IMG/VR virus record: IMGVR_UViG_3300020171_000010
Coordinates: 1 to 44,962 of that record
Source: a virus
Strand: one strand, 5' to 3'
Length of the DNA stretch: 44,962 bases
Shown piece by piece: positions 15,703 through 24,008 of the stretch. The notes under the pieces are model-generated. The model saw nothing but the letters and a program-made list of their open reading frames with translations, did not search any database and had not been told where the DNA came from. A program made the position numbers and the translations under genes. Every line of letters starts with the position of its first letter. Position 1 is the first letter of the stretch.

Positions 15703-16139
15703 TTTTAGGGTTAATGATTTTAGGATTATTCGTATCAAATGCGTTTGCGTATATGGGAACTACAACAGTGGTTGCCAGCGATACTTCGACTGATATTCTC
15801 GTGACTACCGCAGCGACGGTTTATACCCATTCGTTTATAATGAGATCTAAAGACCCGACGATGATGACTTATTCTTATCTTATCACATCGGAAGGTGGCA
15901 CACCCAATGTTAATATACAATTCCAACAATCGGTTAAAGAACCGACCACAGAAGGTGCAAGTGATACATATTGGTCGGAACCTATTGGAGTAAAAGCTAT
16001 TGTTACAGGTGAAACTTCCGAATCTTTGCAACAAGCTACTTTTGACACAGTAACATTACCTTATGGTAGATTTATAATTAACGAAACCGGATCGTCCACA
16101 GAAACCACGGTAAATCTCTGGGTAACAAGTATGGAATAA
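15690..16139 (+). CDS. Secreted beta-rich protein (signal peptide)
   Basis: N-terminus MRKLILGLMILGLFVSNAFA|YMG. T/S-rich, with an AAGGAGGA ribosome-binding site. Confidence 0.6.
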   Translation: MRKLILGLMILGLFVSNAFAYMGTTTVVASDTSTDILVTTAATVYTHSFIMRSKDPTMMTYSYLITSEGGTPNVNIQFQQSVKEPTTEGASDTYWSEPIGVKAIVTGETSESLQQATFDTVTLPYGRFIINETGSSTETTVNLWVTSME

Positions 16140-16153
16140 AATAAGGGGTGAAT

Positions 16154-16501
16154 ATGGGCAAATCAAAATTCTTAAAACCCGATATAACCACATCGCAGAA
16201 TTTACTCAATGGGGCATTGTCCTATACTACGACACTCACACAGGCGTTTCAGTTAGAGGAAATACATTTTCATTTTTCGGAGAATGTAACCGAAACAATC
16301 ACAATAATATTAGATTCAATACACGGTGATAATTATGATACGGTATTAAGAACAATCAATCTTAATGCCGAAGATGATGCGGTATATCGTCCGCCGGTAA
16401 AAGTAAATTATGCCGTAGGCGACCAGATAAAAATACAATGCACACAAGCAAATCTTGCAGGTATTGTTTATGCAACTATTAAAATTTCAGAACCGTCGTA
16501 A
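16154..16501 (+). CDS. Hypothetical beta-rich protein
   Basis: ORF 16148..16501. ATG at 16154 follows AAGGGG. No signal peptide. Confidence 0.55.
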   Translation: MGKSKFLKPDITTSQNLLNGALSYTTTLTQAFQLEEIHFHFSENVTETITIILDSIHGDNYDTVLRTINLNAEDDAVYRPPVKVNYAVGDQIKIQCTQANLAGIVYATIKISEPS

Positions 16502-16513
16502 CCAGGAGGAAAT

Positions 16514-17377
16514 ATGGAATTGAAAGACATTGCAAAATTGGAAGAAGAAGTAAAAATAAAACAGGCAAGATTCGTCGAGTTGAATAAAGAATATGACGGG
16601 TTGTTCAACAAGAAACTGGATTTATTAAAAGAGATTATCAGTATTGATAATAAACGCAAAAGCGGGGCGGATAAACTAAAAGAAGTTAATGATACCATTT
16701 CTAAGTTAAATGAGGAAGTAAGGAAAAAGAAAACTGAATTGACTGCCGTAACCAAAGATTCCGACAATAAGATTGCGGAAGTTCAGGATAAGATAGACGA
16801 ATTGAATAAGGTATCAATCGAGATTGCCGATAAACAACAGGCATTAGACAGGGATACCGCAACCCAAAAAGAACAGAAGATAGAATTGAGTAGGGGTTCA
16901 GGTGCAATAGAACGAGCGAGATTTGAACTTGACAAGCAAAATGTGGTATTAAAAGAAAAAGAGAAAATGTTTGACTTTAAAAATAAATCATTGAATTCGG
17001 AACGCGAGGATATCGCAAAGAAACAATCCGAACATGAAAATACCACAGTCAGACTTGTTGCGTTATCAGACCAGTTGGAAACGAAGAAAAAAGAGTTAGA
17101 TGAGAAACAGTCCGAACTAAATGTGCTTAATCTTAATATAACGAATAAACAAAAAGAGATTGAAGCACTAATAGAAGAATTAAAGAAAAAGATTAGTGAA
17201 GCCGTATTAGCCAAGAAGTCAGCGGACTCATTAGCCGAAACACTTGAACGATCCATCGGTAATTTGCAGAACAGGGAAGATTTATTAAAAGTCAGGGAAT
17301 TAAGGTTTACAAAATTACTTAATGAGAAACTAACCAAAGAAGAAATTGAAAGATTAGAAAAATCGTTAGCTAAATGA
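16514..17377 (+). CDS. Coiled-coil protein
   Basis: 287 aa, K/E/L-rich with heptad-like character throughout. GGAGGA ribosome-binding site. Confidence 0.6.
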   Translation: MELKDIAKLEEEVKIKQARFVELNKEYDGLFNKKLDLLKEIISIDNKRKSGADKLKEVNDTISKLNEEVRKKKTELTAVTKDSDNKIAEVQDKIDELNKVSIEIADKQQALDRDTATQKEQKIELSRGSGAIERARFELDKQNVVLKEKEKMFDFKNKSLNSEREDIAKKQSEHENTTVRLVALSDQLETKKKELDEKQSELNVLNLNITNKQKEIEALIEELKKKISEAVLAKKSADSLAETLERSIGNLQNREDLLKVRELRFTKLLNEKLTKEEIERLEKSLAK

Positions 17378-19074
17378 AAAAACTTCTTTTACTCTTAATT
17401 CTTCTTGCCTGGCAGATACCTTGTTATTCCCAAGATTATGTCGGTGGTTACGAACAAACAAATGCCGAGATATTTGATTTTACCGCAATAGCCACTCCCG
17501 CCACATCTACCACCAATACTGCAAGGATATATTATAATCCCAATGAAGATAAACTCAAGTTATCGGTTAATAATGGAAATTTCTCGAATATATTTACTAT
17601 AGCAGATGATCACGATGCAATAACGGTAAGTAATACCACTGATATTGATTTATTCCTAAGCACCCAAGCACTTAACGCCACACTTAATACTACCCTTAAA
17701 TCAAACTACGAAACCGCCTATACCCATTCCCAGAATACCACTTCAGCGCACAATTTAACTATTGCGAATGTCCCAAATCTCAATGCCGCCAACACCTTCG
17801 GCGCATACAACCAGACATTTGATACGAATACATTTTTTATAGATTCGGTGAATAATAGAGTTGCTATCGGGACGACGACTCCTCTAAGTTTGTTACATAT
17901 GAGTGGGGATTCTCCTGGATTGCGTATTACGAATACCGATACTACTGGTATTGGTCAGGTTACTTTTTTTGAAAATGCCGGCATCAAGGGCGCCGTTAAT
18001 ATGGTTGGGTCTGCTTATACAACAACAAGTCGTCGAAATGTTTTAGAACTTTATTCTGGAAACGATTTGTCTTTGTGGTCGGGAGGAACGGAATCGGTAA
18101 GAATAAAATCTGGCAGCGTCGGCATCGGCACAACTTTACCCGCCACCACTCTCGATGTCAATGGCACTATTAACGCCACCACTTACACAGGTGGGAATAT
18201 TACGAATTACGATACCGCCTATACTCACAGTCAAGCCACCACAGGCACGGTTCACGGATTGAATTTGACCGCAGTAAACGCTACGGAATTCAGTTATCTC
18301 GATGGGGTAACATCTGCGATACAAACACAGTTAGATAGTAAAGGAACATCTAACCTCACCGCCAACGATACCGTTTATGGTGCAGGGTGGAATGGGACAA
18401 CTACTGAAGTGCCATCTCAAAATGTTTTATGGGATAAGATAGAAACCATCTCGGCTGGAGCACAAACTCCCTGGGCTCAGAATATAGACGGTGGAGGGTA
18501 TAATCTTACAAATGCGACAAATATTACTGCAGTTAATTTTATAGGAACTGGAGTATGCGATTTTGGCGGGGCGACTTCATTTGAAATTCCTAATGCCGCA
18601 AATCCGACTTTAGGGACTACTGGTATGATAGCGATAAATACTGCCGATAAAACTCTTGAATTAAATAATGGTGCTAATCAAATTTCATTCCCGACAATTC
18701 ATATTTTACAGGGGCCTCTCGGCACGGGTGATTATGACACCGACCCTGATGTTTGGCTGATAGACTCACACGCCGATACTTTCCCACACGGAATTTATAT
18801 TACTAAAGTATATGTGGATTGCAATGAGGCAGACCCTACGACTGAATTGAATGCTGACTTAAAATATTGCGATGCGGTAGCAGATGGTGCTTTCCCAGGA
18901 GCTAATGTAACAGTTATTCAAGCATTGGATACTACCACAGGCAATATGGCTAATGCTACCGTTAATACCGCAGTTGCTACTGGCAAGAGTTTATACATAA
19001 CAATAGACATAGACCCGACATCAGATACTACTATTTTTCACGTAAGAATTCACTATTATATACCCACTTCCTAA
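17374..19074 (+). CDS. Tail fibre protein with an N-terminal signal peptide
   Basis: N-terminus MKKLLLLLILLAWQIPCYS|QD. Fibre motifs are NRVAIGTTTPLSLLHMSG, GSVGIGTTLPATTLDVNG and EFSYLDGVTSAIQTQLDSK, plus a duplicated NY(E/D)TAYTHSQ. ATGA coupling upstream. Confidence 0.7.
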   Translation: MKKLLLLLILLAWQIPCYSQDYVGGYEQTNAEIFDFTAIATPATSTTNTARIYYNPNEDKLKLSVNNGNFSNIFTIADDHDAITVSNTTDIDLFLSTQALNATLNTTLKSNYETAYTHSQNTTSAHNLTIANVPNLNAANTFGAYNQTFDTNTFFIDSVNNRVAIGTTTPLSLLHMSGDSPGLRITNTDTTGIGQVTFFENAGIKGAVNMVGSAYTTTSRRNVLELYSGNDLSLWSGGTESVRIKSGSVGIGTTLPATTLDVNGTINATTYTGGNITNYDTAYTHSQATTGTVHGLNLTAVNATEFSYLDGVTSAIQTQLDSKGTSNLTANDTVYGAGWNGTTTEVPSQNVLWDKIETISAGAQTPWAQNIDGGGYNLTNATNITAVNFIGTGVCDFGGATSFEIPNAANPTLGTTGMIAINTADKTLELNNGANQISFPTIHILQGPLGTGDYDTDPDVWLIDSHADTFPHGIYITKVYVDCNEADPTTELNADLKYCDAVADGAFPGANVTVIQALDTTTGNMANATVNTAVATGKSLYITIDIDPTSDTTIFHVRIHYYIPTS

Positions 19075-19084
19075 AGGAGAATAT

Positions 19085-19516
19085 ATGCGATTTCTAATTA
19101 TTTTCTTTTTATTAACTTCAGTATGTTTTGCAGGCGAAGTCTTATATCCTATCCCAGAAAATCCCAAAGGTATGAAGATAACTTATGATGACAAATATTC
19201 TCTTAAAGATTTTACAGGAAAGAATTTGTTAGACGCTACTGATTTAGAAGGAACTATTATTTATGCTTCTTGTTTCTCACAGGAATTACCTCCTGATGTT
19301 GATAAAGGAAAAGTAAAGGTATTTCCTGATAGCATTAAGAAAATAACTTTTATCAACTGCAACCTTGATAATGTCAAAATCAATAAACCTGGATGGGTAG
19401 TTACTGGTGGAAGTGAAAGAAATTTTAAGGCACAGAAAAAAGCAGATGGTTCTGATGATGGCGACTGGTTAATAGATAGTGAAGGCAATAAAAGCAAAAG
19501 GGTAAACGAAGAATGA
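19085..19516 (+). CDS. Secreted pentapeptide-repeat-like protein
   Basis: N-terminus MRFLIIFFLLTSVCFA|GE, with pentapeptide-like segments (FTGKNLLDATDLEGT..., FINCNLDNVKI). Confidence 0.5.
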   Translation: MRFLIIFFLLTSVCFAGEVLYPIPENPKGMKITYDDKYSLKDFTGKNLLDATDLEGTIIYASCFSQELPPDVDKGKVKVFPDSIKKITFINCNLDNVKINKPGWVVTGGSERNFKAQKKADGSDDGDWLIDSEGNKSKRVNEE

Positions 19517-20895
19517 AAAAGTTATTATTTTTAATCCTATTTTTACTATTACCAAAATTATGTTTTGGGGCTATCGGTGCAACTTGTGTCTGGGAATTTC
19601 GTTCTACTGCTACTGCAAATATGGTTAATGGTGGCGGATATACTTCTGGTGGAACAGATTACTCCCAACAAGATGCCGCACAATTCGTGCCTACTGACTT
19701 GGCTTGCTTAGATACTTCTACAACCTTAACTTCTGCCACAGGCGGATTTACTGCAGCAATGGTGGGAAACATTATCCATATTACTGCAGGGACTAACTTT
19801 GTTGTTGGCTGGTATGAAATTACCGTTTATACCGATACGAACACTGTAACTATTGACCGAACTGCTGCAAGTGTAGGGTTAAATGCTACTGCGGGAACTG
19901 GCTATGTCGGTGGTGCATTATCTCTTAATTCAACTCTTGATGATGAATTCTTTGACCAATTAGTAGCGGGAAATATAGTTTATATTAAAGCAGGAACATA
20001 CACATTTGTAGAAAATGTAAATCAGCAAGGTTTAAACGGAACAAGTAGTAATCCCTTTATTGTTGAAGGATACAATTCTACAAGAGGAGATAATCCTACT
20101 ACGATAAATAGACCTACTATTGCTGCTGGAGCTTATGAATTTACGCACGGTCAGATGTGGCAATTTTATAATTTGATTATTACAATTACTGGAACTTATG
20201 GGTTATATAGTACTAACAATTCATCCGCTATAAATTGTAAGTCGACTAATAGTAGTGTAAGTGCAAATAGAGCTGCGTTTACTTTTACTAACCAGTCAAT
20301 AATTGCCAGATGTGAAGGAATAAGCACAAATGGTTATGGATTTTATATTATAAATAGCGGTGTGGCTCTTAGTTGTTATGCTCACGATAGCAGTAAAGGT
20401 TATCGTTTAGGCACTAGTGGAGTGTACGTTATCAATTCTATAGCTGATACTTGCACTGTAGGAATTGATTTTAATGCTGACTATTCATCAAGTATAGATA
20501 ATACAATTTATAATTGCACCACAGGAATATTGGAAACTCCAAGTGGATATTTTGAAGCAGTGGTAAACAATATTATTACTAATTGTGCTACAGGAATGTC
20601 TTGGGGTACTACACAAAAAAGAGGATATATAGATTATAACTGCTGGAACAATACAACCGATACCGTAAATGTAACCAAGGGTGACCATGATATAACTGCG
20701 AACCCCCTGTTAACTGACCCAGCAAATGGAGATTTTACTCTTCAATCAGGAAGCCCCTGTTTAGACGCAGGTATGCAAGTGGGAGTTAATCAGGGGGCAG
20801 TAGGGGATTACAAAGTAAATATCGGCGTTGACCAAGATGATGTTACTGTTGCAGGTGCAGGCGGTGGCAGAGGAGCAAGATTTATAAATAATTAA
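19513..20895 (+). CDS. Right-handed parallel beta-helix protein (putative tailspike/depolymerase) with a signal peptide
   Basis: N-terminus MKKLLFLILFLLLPKLCFG|AI. It has repeated PbH1-like turns (N..I..C....G). The C-terminal motif DPANGDFTLQSGSPCLDAG is typical of beta-helix proteins. Confidence 0.65.
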   Translation: MKKLLFLILFLLLPKLCFGAIGATCVWEFRSTATANMVNGGGYTSGGTDYSQQDAAQFVPTDLACLDTSTTLTSATGGFTAAMVGNIIHITAGTNFVVGWYEITVYTDTNTVTIDRTAASVGLNATAGTGYVGGALSLNSTLDDEFFDQLVAGNIVYIKAGTYTFVENVNQQGLNGTSSNPFIVEGYNSTRGDNPTTINRPTIAAGAYEFTHGQMWQFYNLIITITGTYGLYSTNNSSAINCKSTNSSVSANRAAFTFTNQSIIARCEGISTNGYGFYIINSGVALSCYAHDSSKGYRLGTSGVYVINSIADTCTVGIDFNADYSSSIDNTIYNCTTGILETPSGYFEAVVNNIITNCATGMSWGTTQKRGYIDYNCWNNTTDTVNVTKGDHDITANPLLTDPANGDFTLQSGSPCLDAGMQVGVNQGAVGDYKVNIGVDQDDVTVAGAGGGRGARFINN

Positions 20896-20909
20896 ACAGA
20901 GAATAACTG

Positions 20910-21155
20910 ATGAAACCTACTTGGCTAAACTTAATAATGATTATCGTTCTTACAATCTTGCTCACTTACGGCACACTCCATTTACTCGATGGAGTTTCGA
21001 TAAGTTTTATCAAGAAAGCACAATATACGGAATTGCTGACAATGGCTCAACAATCACGGGAGAGGATAGCAGGACTGGAATTGCAGTTAGGGGAGTTTGC
21101 GAGGGTCTATGGGAACTTAAATAGAATCCTCACAGAAAAACAGGTGATACCGTGA
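20910..21155 (+). CDS. N-terminally membrane-anchored coiled-coil protein
   Basis: LNLIMIIVLTILLTYGTLHLL is followed by a helical segment. The architecture resembles an i-spanin, but there is no adjacent lysin. Confidence 0.45.
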   Translation: MKPTWLNLIMIIVLTILLTYGTLHLLDGVSISFIKKAQYTELLTMAQQSRERIAGLELQLGEFARVYGNLNRILTEKQVIP

Positions 21156-21346
21156 TAGGCAAGAATTATTGTTACTATTTAGAAAAGAATTGTAGATTAA
21201 AAAGTGAGTGCTTATTTATAGATTATTGTCCGCATAAGAAGGCAAGAGAGAATTACGAGGAGAGTCATAAAATAATACCGTAGGAGGGGTGATGGGAATT
21301 GTAAAATTAGAGGATGGAAATATAATTATTGACAAAAGGATATAAT

Positions 21347-21982
21347 ATGCCTTCAGGTATTTATCCACATAAATCAAGAACAGAGGAGACAAAGAGAAAA
21401 ATTAGTAAAGCTATTATGGGACATCCACTATATAACACTGGCAGAACGCATTTTAAGAAAGGCCTTATCCCTTGGAATAAAGATAAAAAATACCCTCAAT
21501 TTTCTAAAGAAAATCATCCTAATTGGGGTAAAAAAGCTTCAGAAGAAACAAGACAAAAATCATCAATTTCTCATAAAGGACAAAAATCTTATATGGAAGG
21601 CAAACATCATACAGAAGAAACAAAGAAAAGATTAAGTGAATACTGGAAGGGGAAGCGAATAGGAACACAACATCCTAATTGGCAAAATGGGAAATCCTTT
21701 GAACCATATTCTTTAGATTTCAATGACGAGTTAAAAGCAGAAATTAGAAAAAGAGATAATTATATTTGCCAGAATTGTAATATGACTGAGGAAGAACATC
21801 TAATTGTTTATGGAGATGTTCTTTATATTCATCATATTAATTACAATAAAAAAGATTCTGATGAAGACAATTTGATAACTTTATGTAATTCTTGCAATGC
21901 AAGAGCAAATTTTAATAGGGATTATTGGAAAAATTATTATTCATCAAAGAGAGTTTGTAATGGGGTCAATCAAAATAAATAA
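21347..21982 (+). CDS. HNH homing endonuclease (class A)
   Basis: NYICQNCN...LYIHHINYNKKD...NLITLCNSCNARAN, with HPNWGKK and HPNWQNG repeats. ATG at 21347; the track's 21329 start is TTG. Confidence 0.85.
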   Translation: MPSGIYPHKSRTEETKRKISKAIMGHPLYNTGRTHFKKGLIPWNKDKKYPQFSKENHPNWGKKASEETRQKSSISHKGQKSYMEGKHHTEETKKRLSEYWKGKRIGTQHPNWQNGKSFEPYSLDFNDELKAEIRKRDNYICQNCNMTEEEHLIVYGDVLYIHHINYNKKDSDEDNLITLCNSCNARANFNRDYWKNYYSSKRVCNGVNQNK

Positions 21983-22274
21983 TGAGATAATTCCAGATAG
22001 AAGAAGTGGGTCTGGAAAATTGCGTCTTGACATTATGGATTGGATTAAACTTTCTATTACTATCTTCACTACCTTTGCGATAATTACTTTTGGGGCGGGG
22101 AAACTCCTCTCCATTGTCAATAACCATACCGAAGTGTTAGCTGGACAAGAAAAGGAGATAAAAGGACATTCTCAAGATATTGCTCAGACCAAAAACGATA
22201 TAGTGAATATAAAAGAAAACCTCCTATACATTAGGGGTAAAATTGACGCACTAGTATTGGGTATAAAGAGATGA
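21960..22274 (+). CDS. Membrane-anchored coiled-coil protein
   Basis: Internal ATG of ORF 21897..22274. It has the transmembrane segment WIKLSITIFTTFAIITFGAG followed by a helical tail. It overlaps the HNH 3' end by 23 nt. Confidence 0.45.
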   Translation: MGSIKINNEIIPDRRSGSGKLRLDIMDWIKLSITIFTTFAIITFGAGKLLSIVNNHTEVLAGQEKEIKGHSQDIAQTKNDIVNIKENLLYIRGKIDALVLGIKR

Positions 22275-22291
22275 TAAATAAATTTCTACAT

Positions 22292-22822
22292 TTATATTTT
22301 TCTTCCATCAAAAACTATTTCCTCTGGTTTAATAATGCCATTTTTTTCAAAACGAAGATGAGCAGAATGATTGATAAAAGCCATAAGCATATGAGGACGA
22401 TTATCATTTTTTTTACCAAGATGATGACCAACCTCTGTCGGTTTAAGATAACGACCAATTTGTTTTTCAATTACAAGATGATGTTCAAAAACATAATGAC
22501 GATTATGAGCAAAAGGATGTTTAGGTTTATAAATAAGAACATAACCATTACTATCAATTTTTTTTCCACCTTTCCAACCAGAACTATTTTCCCCCGACCA
22601 TTGAGGAAGCTTTTTATCTTTATTCCAAGGAATAAATCTTTTATGATTTTTACTCATTTTTTTCTTGGCTTTTTTAGTATGGTGTTTTCCTTTCATCCAC
22701 GGAATATGTCCCTTTTTAAATTCAGTTTTAGGATGATGTCCTTTTTGAAATCCTTGTTTTTTCAGTTGTTCCAAATGTTCTTTTGTTTTTTCAAAAACTC
22801 CCCTTGGCATTTTTGCCTCCAA
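22292..22822 (-). CDS. HNH homing endonuclease (class B, HNH_3-like); the only minus-strand gene
   Basis: NGYVLIYKPKHPFAHNRHYVFEHHLVIEK...EVGHHLGKKNDNRP, with repeated KGH.PW.KGK modules. GGAGGCAAAA ribosome-binding site on the minus strand. Confidence 0.85.
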   Translation of the reverse strand: MEAKMPRGVFEKTKEHLEQLKKQGFQKGHHPKTEFKKGHIPWMKGKHHTKKAKKKMSKNHKRFIPWNKDKKLPQWSGENSSGWKGGKKIDSNGYVLIYKPKHPFAHNRHYVFEHHLVIEKQIGRYLKPTEVGHHLGKKNDNRPHMLMAFINHSAHLRFEKNGIIKPEEIVFDGRKI

Positions 22823-22845
22823 ATAAAAGGGCTTTTTTCAGCGTG

Positions 22846-22920
22846 CTTATTAAGAACGGTTAAGTCCTTACGCTTACTCAAAGCCCAAGTTTTAGACATA
22901 GAAAAACCGTTCTCAATAAG
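22846..22920. repeat. Inverted repeat in the 5' UTR of the antisense HNH gene
   Basis: CTTATTAAGAACGGTT (22846..22861) against AACCGTTCTCAATAAG (22905..22920). 15 of 16 positions are complementary. Confidence 0.7.
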
Positions 22921-22927
22921 TAATTTT

Positions 22928-22955
22928 AGTATAACAGAATTTCAGGAATTGTCAA
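22928..22955 (-). promoter_or_regulatory. Sigma70-like promoter for the antisense HNH gene
   Basis: The minus strand reads TTGACA-16 nt-TATACT. On the plus strand this is TGTCAA at 22950..22955 and AGTATA at 22928..22933. Confidence 0.6.
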
Positions 22956-22998
22956 TATAAAAATAGGGCAAGATTGATACGCTTGTGTTAAGATTAAA

Positions 22999-23295
22999 AT
23001 GATAGACAAATATATCCGAGAGAAAGTGGAAAAAAGAGCCTATGAGATTTACGAATGGCGTAAGGAAAATAATATTGTAGGGAACCATCTCGATGATTGG
23101 TTTCAAGCTGAAGCAGAAATTATCATTGATAGACGCGCAAACAATGTCTGCCCTAAATGTGGATTCGGATTATTAGCCCGCAATAACAATGAAATCGTAT
23201 GTTTAAATTCTAAATGCGATTATAAGATAGAAGCGAAAAGAAAACTTGATGAGACTATTCCTGACATTAGTGAAATAAAGAAAATTTGGGAATAG
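22999..23295 (+). CDS. DUF2934-like / zinc-ribbon protein
   Basis: AYEIYEWRKENNIVGNHLDDWFQAEAEI matches the DUF2934 pattern. A CPKCG...C..KC ribbon is also present. Confidence 0.55.
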   Translation: MIDKYIREKVEKRAYEIYEWRKENNIVGNHLDDWFQAEAEIIIDRRANNVCPKCGFGLLARNNNEIVCLNSKCDYKIEAKRKLDETIPDISEIKKIWE

Positions 23296-23336
23296 AACTA
23301 TAGGAAATTTGTCAATATAAAAAGGGGGATTAAAAA

Positions 23337-24008
23337 ATGACACGGTCGGAAATAATTTCGGCATTTAGAGTAGATAATTCAGAGTTGACCTCCAATGTTA
23401 TTACAGATGCACAATTACATAATTATTTATTATTTGGCGATAAAGAAGTATGTGCTATTACCCGGTGTATTGTATCCGATAAAGTATTCCATTCCGTTGC
23501 CTCAACGTCGGTATATGACACCAGATATGATTTGACTAATGAGATTGATAATTTTTTTGATATCGATGATTTCCCTGGCGGAGGGGTATCTTTTGATGAT
23601 GACCCATTAGATAAAACTACCGTAGCACAACTTGACCAGGAATCATCTACTTGGCGCACAAGAACCGCAGGGGTTCCAAAGAAATATTATCGCAGAAGTA
23701 AATATCTTTATTTTGACCGACCTGTAAAGACTGCCGCATTAGATATTCGTGTATATTGCGTCTTAATATCCGATGATTTTAATAATGATGATATTCTACC
23801 GTTTAACCAATTGACATATTTAGAACCATTCCATTCTGTATTAGTAATGTATCTTAAATGGAAAGCAAAAGCTAAAGTAGGCAAACCACAGGACGCAGCG
23901 ACAGCGAAACAGGAATTTTACGATTATTGCCAATTTATGAAAAAGACTATTCAGGGTGGGACTGCGGGGCCTATACAATATAAACCTTCAATATATCCAA
24001 GAAGATGA
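23337..24008 (+). CDS. Putative head-tail adaptor / tail tubular protein A-like
   Basis: 223 aa, immediately upstream of and coupled to a 770-aa protein. This parallels the T7 gp11/gp12 arrangement. Inferred from size and synteny only. Confidence 0.35.
   Translation: MTRSEIISAFRVDNSELTSNVITDAQLHNYLLFGDKEVCAITRCIVSDKVFHSVASTSVYDTRYDLTNEIDNFFDIDDFPGGGVSFDDDPLDKTTVAQLDQESSTWRTRTAGVPKKYYRRSKYLYFDRPVKTAALDIRVYCVLISDDFNNDDILPFNQLTYLEPFHSVLVMYLKWKAKAKVGKPQDAATAKQEFYDYCQFMKKTIQGGTAGPIQYKPSIYPRR

Noticed and set aside
21326-21346. TTGACA followed by TATAAT upstream of the HNH gene at 21347, considered as a promoter
   Set aside because: The spacer between the hexamers is only about 6 nt, which is incompatible with sigma70 geometry.
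20910-22274. Two membrane-anchored coiled-coil proteins as an i-spanin pair or lysis cassette
   Set aside because: The architecture is compatible, but there is no adjacent o-spanin lipoprotein, holin or lysin, and the genes sit in the fibre island. The evidence is too weak to call.
22271-22960. 229-aa plus-strand ORF
   Set aside because: It is the antisense shadow of the well-supported minus-strand HNH gene (22292..22822). It has an F/K/I-rich low-complexity translation, no motifs and no ribosome-binding site.
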